Shown: piece by piece, positions 35,801 through 44,272 of the stretch
Numbering within the stretch: position 1 is the first letter of the stretch
How the letters are laid out: each line of letters starts with the position of its first letter
Assembly (NCBI GenBank): GCA_963795385.1
Contig: CAWCHK010000012.1
Location: 2,443 to 66,442, forward strand
Source of the DNA: an uncultured Actinomycetota bacterium
GTDB lineage: Bacteria > Actinomycetota > Actinomycetes > Actinomycetales > CAVURS01
Length of the DNA: 64,000 nt
Direction: 5' to 3'
The notes under the pieces: generated by a model
What the model saw: the letters and a program-made list of their open reading frames with translations, nothing else
Databases searched by the model: none
What the model was told of the DNA's origin: nothing
Position numbers and translations under genes: made by a program

Positions 35801-35809
35801 GACTCGAAT

Positions 35810-35841
35810 GTACCCGGCCGGTTACGTACCCGTCAAGTTAC
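35810..35841. promoter_or_regulatory. Tandem 16-bp imperfect palindromes, probable ArsR operator
   Basis: GTACCCGGCCGGTTAC directly followed by GTACCCGTCAAGTTAC, 10 nt upstream of the arsR ATG. Confidence 0.6.
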
Positions 35842-36427
35842 GCACTGGAGGCGTCGCGGACGTCCTCGTGCGACTGCGGCTGACGCCCGCCTGCGTGACG
35901 CCGAGCGCGAGCAGACCGAGCGCGGCGCCGAGGCCGGCCCCAGTCACGTTGTGCACGACGTCCGAGGAGTCGCAGGCCCCGATCCGGTACGCCGCCTGGG
36001 TCGCCTCGATGCCCACGCTGAGGGCGCTCGCGACGAGAACCGCCGCGGCCGCGCCGACGACAGCGGGCCCGGCGCGACCGGCCGCGACGACGGCGAGGAA
36101 GGCGAACGGCACGAAGAGCGCGACGTTCAGGACGGTCTCGGCGCTCAGCCCGCCGGGGTCGGTCACCACGCACGCCGTGGCCGCGCGCGACCAGTCCGCC
36201 CCTGCGTGCAGCAGGCCGGGGCGCAGGACGGTCACGTCGGCCACACCGATCAGCGACAACGCCGCGCCGACGGCGGCGAGGCGCACACCGCCCCACCGCC
36301 CGGCCACCAGCCACGCGACCGGCACCAGGACGAGCGCCAGCAGCACGGTCGGCAGCAGGACGGTGCCGGGGTGGATCACGGTCCGGGCCACGGCCGCGAG
36401 CTGTTCGATCACCGGCCGGTCGCCCAT
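35822..36427 (-). CDS. VanZ family membrane protein
   Basis: LNVALFVPF, SVGIEATQ, DSSDVVHNVTGAGLG; start 36427 or 36412. Confidence 0.8.
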   Translation of the reverse strand: MGDRPVIEQLAAVARTVIHPGTVLLPTVLLALVLVPVAWLVAGRWGGVRLAAVGAALSLIGVADVTVLRPGLLHAGADWSRAATACVVTDPGGLSAETVLNVALFVPFAFLAVVAAGRAGPAVVGAAAAVLVASALSVGIEATQAAYRIGACDSSDVVHNVTGAGLGAALGLLALGVTQAGVSRSRTRTSATPPVRNLTGT

Positions 36428-37098
36428 CGCCGCTGGCCCGGGACGCCCATGGCGATCGGGGCGTAGCGGGTCCGGTCGCGGCCGAGGCTGTGGGCCCAGT
36501 AGCGCTCGCCGTAGGACCAGTGCCACCACTCGGTCGGGTAGTTGACCAGGCCGACCGACGTCAGCACGTGACCGAGCACGCCGCGCAGCTCGCGGGCCTG
36601 GGCGCTGATGCCCCGGGACCCGGTGAAGCAGCGGTTGGCGCTGTCCTCGGGGCTGGCGTTGACGGGCGTACCGAGGTCGAGCTCCACCCCGTTGTCGTGG
36701 CAGAGCGTCAGGTCGACCGCGCCGCCGGTCTGGTGCGGAGCGACCTCCGGCGGCGCCACGAACTTGCTCGCCTCGACGTGGGATCGCGGGCCGTCCCAGT
36801 CCGGGTGCGCGGCGAGCAGCTCGCGTCGATAGTCCTCGAAGTACGCGCGCTGCAGGCTCGGCGGACGGTAGCCCTCGATGACCAGGAGCTGGAAGCCGCT
36901 GGGCAGCAACGACTCCGCGGCCACCAGGCGCTCGACGACGCCGGCCCGGAGGAGCCCGTAGCGGCCGTCGGCATCGGCGAGCCGCCGGTCGAACCGCAAC
37001 GCGTCTCGCGCGTCGACCATCGGTTCGCCACACTCCGCGGAGGCGATGCCCGCGATGCGCGGGTCGGACAGGAGGACAGGCCCGGTGGCGAGGGTCAT
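36409..37098 (-). CDS. D-Ala-D-Ala dipeptidase, M15 (VanX-like) metallopeptidase
   Basis: EGYRP, PHQTGGAVDLTL and EWWHWSYG zinc-ligand motifs. Confidence 0.88.
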   Translation of the reverse strand: MTLATGPVLLSDPRIAGIASAECGEPMVDARDALRFDRRLADADGRYGLLRAGVVERLVAAESLLPSGFQLLVIEGYRPPSLQRAYFEDYRRELLAAHPDWDGPRSHVEASKFVAPPEVAPHQTGGAVDLTLCHDNGVELDLGTPVNASPEDSANRCFTGSRGISAQARELRGVLGHVLTSVGLVNYPTEWWHWSYGERYWAHSLGRDRTRYAPIAMGVPGQRRWATGR

Positions 37099-38219
37099 CG
37101 GACACCCGCCAGGCCGCGCGCCGTGGCTGCGAGCCGATCGGCCCGGCGATCGGCCCGGACCCGCCGCTCCACCGCCAGGACCACCAGCCGGTCCAGCAGC
37201 TCGGCGTAGGAGACGCCACAGGCCTGCCAGACCTTGGGATACATCGAGTACGCCGTGAAGCCGGGCATCGTGTTGAGCTCGTTCACCACCAGCCGGTCGG
37301 CCCGCTCGTCGTAGAGGAAGTCGACCCGGGCGAGGCCCCACCCGCCGATGGCCCGGAAGGCGGCCACGGCCGCGTCCTGCACCCGGCGGGTGACCGGTGC
37401 GGGGAGGGCGGCGGGAACGGTCATCGGGTCCTGCGTCGACAGGTACTTCTGGGCGTAGTCGAACCAGCCGCCGGCCACCTGGACCTCACCGACCGCCGAG
37501 GCCTGAGGCGAGACCCCACCCAGCACACCGCATTCCAGCTCCCGAGCGCCGACCAGGCCCTCCTCGACGAGCGCGCTGGAGTCGTGCTGCAGCGCCAGGT
37601 CGACCGCCGCCGCGAGGTCGTCCGGGTCGCTGACGCGGGTGATGCCGATGGACGATCCGAGGCCGGCCGGCTTGACGAACCAGGGACGGCTGCAGCCGCG
37701 TGATCGCGCTCAGCCGTCCCGGGACCCAGCCCGGCCACCTCGTCGACGACGGCGAAGGGCATCACCTCCAGGCCGGCGGCCGACAGTGCTCGCTTGGTCG
37801 CGACCTTGTCCATCGCGGTGGCCGCCGCGAGGACGCCGGCGCCGACGTAGGCGAGCCCGAAGACCTCGAAAAGCCCCTGCAGCGAACCGTTCTCACCGTC
37901 GGAGCCATGCAGGACCGGGAAGGCGACGGTGAGGCTGGCGCAGGATCTCGGTGCTGACCTCCGGCCCGCGGACGGGTAGCTGGTCGGCCATGGCCGAGCC
38001 GCCGGCGGCGCGGTCGCCCGCGTCGCGGGCCCTTCGGACGTCGACATCCTGCAGGTGGTGCCACCGGCCGTCCCGCCCGATGCCGATGGCCACGACGGTG
38101 TAGCGCACCGGGTCCAGCTGCCGGACGACGGAGGCCGCGGACGCCCGCGACACGTCGTGCTCGGGCGACGCGCCGCCATAGAAGACGCCGACGACCTCGT
38201 GTCGCCGCAGCCCGCTCAC
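37095..38219 (-). CDS. ddl: D-alanine--D-alanine ligase family protein, apparent frameshifts
   Basis: YGGASPEHDVS, FPVLHG..GENG, MDK, FVKP..LGSSIG, WFDYAQKY and NELNTMPGFT spread over three frames (shifts near 37940 and 37680-37735). Confidence 0.82.
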
Positions 38220-39253
38220 GCCGGCTCTCCCGAGCGATCGAGAACGGTCCGGACCAGGGACGGGTCGACGTTCCCGCCCGACAGGAGCACGCCGATGTCG
38301 GCCCCATGCAGGCGCGAGTCGTCCCGGGCCAGGCGCAGGGCCACGGCGACGGCGGTGGCGGCGGACGGCTCGACCAGCTGTTCCGTGTCCTGCAGCGTGA
38401 CGGCGAGCGCGCCGGCGATCTCGGCCTCGGTCGCGACCCGGACGCGCGCGCCCCGCTCGCGGCAGATGCGGAACGGCAGGTCGCCGACCCGGTCCGGGCG
38501 AAGGCCGTCCGCGATGGTCGGCCGAGCCGTCACGGTCACCGGTTGGCCGGCCCACATCGCCTGCCGCAGCGAGTCCACCGCTGCCGGCTCCGCTCCGACC
38601 AGGTCGATGCCGGCGCCCTCGACGCCGCGGACGGACCGGAGCTCCCGATCGTGGTCGCGCACGGCGAGGCACGCGCCCGCCAGGGCGCTGCCGCCCCCGA
38701 CCGGCACCACGATCGCCGCCGGCCGCGCCCCGTCGGCCATCATCTGGTCCAGCAGCTCCGCGATCGCGGTGCCATGCCCTGCAACGACATCGGGATCCTC
38801 GTAGGGGTCGACCAGGTCCAGGCCCTGCGCGCCGGCGATCGCGGCCGCGACCCGTTGCCGCTCGGCCAGGCCGCCCCCCACGAGGACGACCTTGGCTCCG
38901 GTGGCCAGGATGCGCTCCGCCTTGCTCGGCACCACGTCGTGCGGCAGGACGGCCACGGCTCGACGCCTGAGCTCGGCCGCCGCCAGCGCGACCGCGATCG
39001 CGTGGTTGCCGGTGCTCTGCGCCACCAGCCCGCGGCTGCCACCGCGGGCCAGCCGGTCGGCGGCCAGCAGGGCACCGCGCAGCTTGAACGAGCCGCCCCG
39101 CTGGAGGTTCTCCGCCTTCAGCCACAGTCGCGCCCCGGCCCGCCGGTCAAGGCCGGCACTGCGCAGCACCGGGGTCAGGGTCACGCGTCCGGCCAGCCGT
39201 CTCTGGGCCGCCCGGACGCTCGCCGTACCGGGTTCTGGATGTGTCGTCGTCAT
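38216..39253 (-). CDS. PLP fold-II threonine/serine dehydratase or serine racemase family protein
   Basis: LKAENLQRGGSFKLRGA, STGNH, VPVGGG, TIADGL, LSGGN; no ACT domain. Confidence 0.85.
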   Translation of the reverse strand: MTTTHPEPGTASVRAAQRRLAGRVTLTPVLRSAGLDRRAGARLWLKAENLQRGGSFKLRGALLAADRLARGGSRGLVAQSTGNHAIAVALAAAELRRRAVAVLPHDVVPSKAERILATGAKVVLVGGGLAERQRVAAAIAGAQGLDLVDPYEDPDVVAGHGTAIAELLDQMMADGARPAAIVVPVGGGSALAGACLAVRDHDRELRSVRGVEGAGIDLVGAEPAAVDSLRQAMWAGQPVTVTARPTIADGLRPDRVGDLPFRICRERGARVRVATEAEIAGALAVTLQDTEQLVEPSAATAVAVALRLARDDSRLHGADIGVLLSGGNVDPSLVRTVLDRSGEPA

Positions 39254-39295
39254 GGCACCACGGTGGGCCGCGCCCGTCGCGATCGGGTCCGCGTC

Positions 39296-39314
39296 GTGTC
39301 ACAGCTGTGTCATA
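39296..39314. promoter_or_regulatory. OmpR-type direct repeat GTGTCACA-N3-GTGTCATA (GTCAC-N6-GTCAT)
   Basis: 11-bp-period direct repeat in the divergent promoter region. Confidence 0.6.
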
Positions 39315-39375
39315 GTCCGGCCGGCGACGCCTGCAGATGACCCGCCCGGGCCGCCCGCTGGCTCATACTCGGCCT

Positions 39376-40050
39376 GTGTCGCACGTGCTGCTGATCGAGG
39401 ACGACCCGGCGATCCGGGAGGGCCTCGAGCTCGGCCTGCGCCACCTGGGTCACAGCGTCTCGGCTGCGCCCGACGGCGAGTCGGGCCTGCGCGCGGCGGC
39501 CGAGGGGAGCCCCGACGTCGTCGTGCTCGACGTCATGCTCCCGGGGCTGGACGGCTTCGAGGTCTGCCGCCGCCTGCGGGCCACCGGGACGACGCCGATC
39601 ATCATGCTGACCGCCCGCTCCGACGACCTCGACGTCGTGGCCGGGCTGGAGGCGGGGGCCGACGACTACGTCGCCAAGCCGGTGCGGCCGCGGGTCCTGG
39701 ACGCCCGGATCAAGGCGGTGCTGCGACGGGTCAGCGCGGAGCCGTCGGCTCGCCACGAGTACGGCGATCTCGCGATCGACCGGTCGAGCATGGTCGTGAC
39801 CAAGGCGGGTACGCCGGTCGCGTTGACACCGACCGAGCTGCGCCTCCTGCTGGTGCTGTCCGGCCGCCCGGGCCAGGTGTTCTCGCGTGAGCAGCTGCTG
39901 TCGGCCGTCTGGGAGCAGGACTACCTCGGAGACTCGCGACTGGTCGACGCCAGCATCCAAAGGCTCCGGGCCAAGATCGAGGAGGTGCCGGCCCGCCCCG
40001 CCTTCCTGCAGACGGTTCGCGGGTTCGGCTACCGGTTCGGACCCCTGTGA
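39376..40050 (+). CDS. OmpR-family response regulator (MtrA/AfsQ1-like)
   Basis: IEDD, LDVMLPG, GADDYVAKP, QTVRGFGYRF. Confidence 0.92.
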   Translation: MSHVLLIEDDPAIREGLELGLRHLGHSVSAAPDGESGLRAAAEGSPDVVVLDVMLPGLDGFEVCRRLRATGTTPIIMLTARSDDLDVVAGLEAGADDYVAKPVRPRVLDARIKAVLRRVSAEPSARHEYGDLAIDRSSMVVTKAGTPVALTPTELRLLLVLSGRPGQVFSREQLLSAVWEQDYLGDSRLVDASIQRLRAKIEEVPARPAFLQTVRGFGYRFGPL

Positions 40051-41150
40051 ACGGCGGCCTGCGGTCGCGGCTGATCACGGGCTTCGTCGTGGTGACGGCC
40101 CTGACCGTCCTGATCTCCTCAGTGACGGCGGTCATCGGTGCGCTGTTCGTCTACACCACGCATCCGATCGGCTCGGCCGAGTTCGGCCGGAGGGTCCTGT
40201 CGACCTGGCCGTTCTCCTCGATGTCGGACCAGGACCTGGTCTGGGTGGTCGTGGTCGCCGGGCTGGGCCTGCTGGTCATCGCGGTGGGAGCGGGCTGGCT
40301 CGTGGCCCAGCGCATGCTCCGCCCGGTGCGGACGCTGGCCCAGGCGGCCGAGCAGGTCGCCCGGGGGGACCTGGCCGTGCGGCTGCGGCCGACCGGCAAC
40401 GACGAGCTGGCCCAGCTGGTCGCGACGTTCAACGCGATGACCTCCAACCTGGACCGGTCGATGAACGAGCTGCGGCGGATGGAGGCCCAGTCGCGGCGGT
40501 TCGCCTCGGACGTGTCGCACGAGCTGCGCAGCCCGCTCGCAGCGATGACCGCGGTGACCGAGGTCCTGTCGGACGAGGCGGCAGACATGTCCGGGCCGGC
40601 CGGGCAGGCCTCCCGGCTCGTGGTCCAGGAGATCGCGAACCTCGACCGCCTGGTCAACGACCTGATCGAGATCTCCCGGTTCGACGCGGGGACAGCGGTG
40701 CTCGACGTCGACGTCGTGACGGTCGCGTCCGCGGTACGCGCCTGCCTCGCCCTGCGCGGCTGGTCCGCGGCCGTGACGGTCGAGGTCCCGGAGGACCTCC
40801 AGGTCACCCTCGACCGGAGGCGGTTCGACGTGATCGTGGCCAACCTGGTCGGCAACGCGATGCGGTACGGCGAGCCGCCGGTGCAGGTGGCCGCCTGGTC
40901 GGTGCCGGATCGGGGCGAGGTCGTGCTGACCGTCGCCGACCACGGGCCGGGCATCGCCCAGGACGCCCTGCCGCATCTGTTCGAGCGGTTCTACAAGGCC
41001 GAGGCGGCGCGCACCCGGTCGGGCGGCAGCGGTTTGGGGCTGGCCATCGCCCTCGAGAACGCCCGGCTGCACGGCGGTGACCTCCTGGCGGCCAACCGCG
41101 TGGACGCGGCCGGTGCCGTGTTCACGTTGACGCTCCCGGCAGCGACCTGA
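40047..41150 (+). CDS. HAMP-domain sensor histidine kinase
   Basis: Two TMs with a short loop, HAMP, SHELRSPL, NLVGNA, DHGPG, GSGLGL. Confidence 0.92.
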   Translation: MNGGLRSRLITGFVVVTALTVLISSVTAVIGALFVYTTHPIGSAEFGRRVLSTWPFSSMSDQDLVWVVVVAGLGLLVIAVGAGWLVAQRMLRPVRTLAQAAEQVARGDLAVRLRPTGNDELAQLVATFNAMTSNLDRSMNELRRMEAQSRRFASDVSHELRSPLAAMTAVTEVLSDEAADMSGPAGQASRLVVQEIANLDRLVNDLIEISRFDAGTAVLDVDVVTVASAVRACLALRGWSAAVTVEVPEDLQVTLDRRRFDVIVANLVGNAMRYGEPPVQVAAWSVPDRGEVVLTVADHGPGIAQDALPHLFERFYKAEAARTRSGGSGLGLAIALENARLHGGDLLAANRVDAAGAVFTLTLPAAT

Positions 41151-41191
41151 CACGTCGACGTCGAGCGGCCGACGTGGAGATCGACGAGGCG

Positions 41192-41659
41192 TCAGGCCAA
41201 CGGGACGTCGAGGTGCATCCGCAGGCCGGCGCCGAACTCCGTGTCGGCGCTCCCGTCGACCACGAACCCCGCGGCCCGGTAGAACCCGAGCGCATGCTCG
41301 TTCGCCGTCACCTCGACCCGGGTGGCTCCTTCGGCAGCGGCCTGCGAAGCGATGGCCTGGATCAGGGCGCGGGCCACCCCTCGCCGCATCCACGCCGGCT
41401 CCACGAACAGGTCGTCCAGCTCGAGAGCGGTGCGGGTCGGCTGCGTGCTCGCGAAGCCGACGACGGTGCCGCCCGCCAGCGTCGCTACCCAGGCCCGCCC
41501 GCTGCCGGCCAGCTCCTCGGAGAGCTGGAGCGCCTCGGGGTGAGCGATCAGTGCAGCCCGGTCGCCGTCGTTGGACAGGGAGGCCCGGCGGAACACCCCT
41601 TCCATGGCCGGGGTGTCACCTGCTCTGGCGACCCGGACCTCGACCAGGCTCACCAGCAC
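41192..41659 (-). CDS. GNAT family N-acetyltransferase
   Basis: LFVEPAWMRRGVAR, N..ALGFY...GF. Confidence 0.85.
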   Translation of the reverse strand: MLVSLVEVRVARAGDTPAMEGVFRRASLSNDGDRAALIAHPEALQLSEELAGSGRAWVATLAGGTVVGFASTQPTRTALELDDLFVEPAWMRRGVARALIQAIASQAAAEGATRVEVTANEHALGFYRAAGFVVDGSADTEFGAGLRMHLDVPLA

Positions 41660-41741
41660 ACCCTAGTCCGCGCTACGAGACCCCAGCGTCTTCTCAGCGT
41701 CGACCCCGTGCTCGCGTGGACGACCTGTAGCCTGGGCCGAC

Positions 41742-41802
41742 GGCGGAGGGGCTCGCCGACAACCGCCGCGGCTGCTCGCCGGTCACGACCAACGGTCCCT
41801 AC
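41742..41802 (+). ncRNA. Fluoride (crcB) riboswitch, variant
   Basis: GGCGgaGGGGCtCGCC..AACCGC......ACCAACGGTCCCTAC follows the GGCGAUGG..UCGCC..AACCGC..GCUGAUGRC.CCUAC pattern; lies between a TAGCCT -10 and crcB. Confidence 0.7.
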
Positions 41803-41829
41803 CTCAACTGCGTGCCGGAGGTAGTCGAC

Positions 41830-42295
41830 GTGCCCGAACCGCGAGTGCCACGTGTACGCCTGGAGTGGGACCTCGTGCTCGCTGCGGCGGCCGGCGGTGT
41901 CGTCGGGGCCGAATCGCGTTACGGCGTGGGGCTTCTGGTGCCGCATACGCCGCGCCAGTTCCCCTGGTCGACGGTGGCTGATCAACGTCTCGGGCTGCCT
42001 GCTCATCGGCATCCTCATGGTCACGCTCCTCGAGCTCGCCACTCCCCACCGCCTGGCGCGGTCGTTCCTGGGCGTCGGCATCCTGGGCGGCTACACGACG
42101 TACTCGAGCTTCAGCGTCGACGCACAACGCCTTCTCCTGGCTCACCGGCCCGCCGTTGCGCTCGCCTACGTCGTCGTGACGGTGCTGGGCTGCGCGGCCG
42201 CGGTCTGGTTGTCCACCACCGCAACCACGGTGGCCGGCCGGGCCGTCATCGAGCGCCGGGTGAGGCGCCGCGGGAGTGGAGGGACGGCGCCGTGA
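41830..42295 (+). CDS. crcB: Fluoride channel Fluc/CrcB subunit 1, apparent +1 frameshift at ~41976
   Basis: GGVVGA..RY, FPWST/LINVSG, GILGGYTTYSSF. Confidence 0.82.
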
Positions 42296-42657
42296 CGATC
42301 CTGATGATCGCTCTCGGGGCCGCGGTGGGCGCACCCGCGCGGTATCTGAGCGACCGGGCGATCCAGTCCTGGCACCGGACCGTCTTCCCGTGGGGCACCC
42401 TGACCGTCAACGTCGTCGCCTCACTCGTCCTCGGCATCGTCGCGGGGGCGGGCTCGGCCCTGGACCCGGATCTCGCGATGCTGATCGGGACCGGCTTCTG
42501 CGGTGCACTGTCGACCTACTCGACGTTCAGCTACGAGACGCTGCGCCTGGCCCAGGGTGGCTTCCGGCTCTCGGCGGCGGCCAACGTGGGCATCTCGCTC
42601 GTCGCCGGCGTCGGCGCTGCTGCGCTGGGCTGGTCCGTGGGTGTCGCACTGACGTGA
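42292..42657 (+). CDS. crcB: Fluoride channel Fluc/CrcB subunit 2
   Basis: GAAVGAPARY, FPWGTLTVN, GFCGALSTYSTF..E. Confidence 0.9.
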   Translation: MTILMIALGAAVGAPARYLSDRAIQSWHRTVFPWGTLTVNVVASLVLGIVAGAGSALDPDLAMLIGTGFCGALSTYSTFSYETLRLAQGGFRLSAAANVGISLVAGVGAAALGWSVGVALT

Positions 42658-43827
42658 GCACCGCCGTGAGCAACGCCGTCGTGGTCGGGCGAGCCGCCCA
42701 TCATCCTCAGCATCGGGACGCCGCCGGAGCGCAGGAACCGGACCACGAGGGCGAGCGCCACCAGCAGGAAGACGATGTTCAGCACGGTCGTGTAGTTCCA
42801 GGTGACGCCGGTCTCGCCGACCTTGGCCGAGCGCTCGGTCGGGGACCAGCCCGAGACCGCCGAACACCAGCTCGACGACGTAGCCGGCGACGACCATGGT
42901 GGCGTAGAAGATGCCGAGCAGCACCAACATCATCCGGGTGCCGTAGTACTTCCGGTAGATCACCAGGATCGGGAGGATGATCAGGTCCGCGAAGACGAAG
43001 GACACCACGCCGCCGAAGCTGATGCCGCCGTTCCACAGCACGCCGGCCAGCGGCACGTTGCCGATCGAGCAGACGAAGCTCAGCACCGCGATGACCGGCC
43101 CGACGACGGGCCCCCAGACCTTGCTCGCGAGTGAGTGATCGGTGAGGAACACGTGCTGCCAGAAGGACTCGGGCACCCACGCCCCGACGGCGCCGGCGAT
43201 CAGCAGGCCGATGACGATGTCGCGAATCACCGCCGCCCACTCCATCACGAAGATGTGGCTGACCGCGGTGTAGCCGTCCCTGCTGCGCGAGTCGGCCCCG
43301 AGAAGCCGCCCTCGGACCGGATGGACATGTCCATCGCAGCGTGGCCCTCCATCGACCCGGCCAGTCCCCTGTCGGCCTGCTCGCGCGCCGCGTCGATCAG
43401 GCGCTCGCGGACGAAGATCCGGAAGGCGACCGCCAGCAACACGATCATGATCGGGCCGCCCACGAACTCGGCCAGGGTGAACTGCCAGCCGAGCAGCAGG
43501 GCCAGGATCACGCCCAGCTCGATCACCAGGTTGGTCGAGGCGATCTCGAAGACCATGGCCGAGGTGAAGCTCGCACCCTTGCGGAACAGCGAGCGGGCCA
43601 GGGCCACAGCGGCGTACGAGCACGAGGAGGATGAGGCGCCCAAACCCGTTGCTATCGCTAAGGTTCGCGGCCGATCGTCTCCCAGCAGCCGCGCCGATCG
43701 TCTCGCGGCGTACGACGGCCTGGATCACTGCCGACAGTGCGAAGCCCAGGATGAGTGACCAGGTGATCTGCCAGGTCATCGACCCAGCCACACCGAGCGC
43801 GTGGCCGAGCGCGTCGAGGACCGCCAC
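42531..43827 (-). CDS. ArsP/DUF318-type permease, three apparent frameshifts
   Basis: SSSCSYAAVA, ASTNLVIELG, SFVCSIGNVPL and FADLII motifs in alternating frames (shifts ~43695, ~43290, ~42840); 3' end uncertain because it overlaps crcB2. Confidence 0.75.
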
Positions 43828-43829
43828 GG

Positions 43830-44201
43830 TCAGTCCCCCTCGGGCGCGGCGATCGTCAGCAGCTGGCGCAGGCAGTGCTCGAGCAGCTGGTGGGGGAACT
43901 GGTCGCTGAGCCGGTAGAAGACGATCCGGCCCTCCTTGCGGAACCGCACCATCCCGGCCGTCCTCAGCAGCTTCAACGCGTACGACACCTGGTCCTCGTT
44001 GACGTCCAGCGCGAGCGCCAGGTCACCGACGCAGAGCTCCTCGGCCGCGACCAGGGCGAAGAGGACCCTGGAGCGCACCGGGTCGGCCAGCATCCCGAGC
44101 AGGCCCGCCAACCGCCCGGCGTCGTCGACCGACAGCAGGTCCGCCCGCGCCACGGCGACCCGGGTCGCGTCGACCGGGTGGTCGTGATCCAGCGGTGCCA
44201 T
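43830..44201 (-). CDS. ArsR/SmtB metal-sensing regulator
   Basis: N-terminal DHDHP, LADPVRSRVL, ELCVGDL, C-terminal EHC. Confidence 0.88.
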   Translation of the reverse strand: MAPLDHDHPVDATRVAVARADLLSVDDAGRLAGLLGMLADPVRSRVLFALVAAEELCVGDLALALDVNEDQVSYALKLLRTAGMVRFRKEGRIVFYRLSDQFPHQLLEHCLRQLLTIAAPEGD

Positions 44202-44207
44202 GCCGCC

Positions 44208-44267
44208 CTCCGCATCTCCGAATCTCCGGACTCGTAACCTCCGTATGATCGTACGGAGATACGGAGG
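44208..44267. promoter_or_regulatory. Repeated CTCCG(n)AT / TACGGAG elements, probable ArsR operator array
   Basis: ctccgcat-ctccgaat-ctccgga and the palindrome CTCCGTAtgatcgTACGGAG plus a further TACGGAG. Confidence 0.5.
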
Positions 44268-44272
44268 TCCGG

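Noticed and set aside
36409..39253. Calling the cluster canonical vanHAX
   Set aside because: No D-lactate dehydrogenase gene, and the ligase lacks VanA-type signatures
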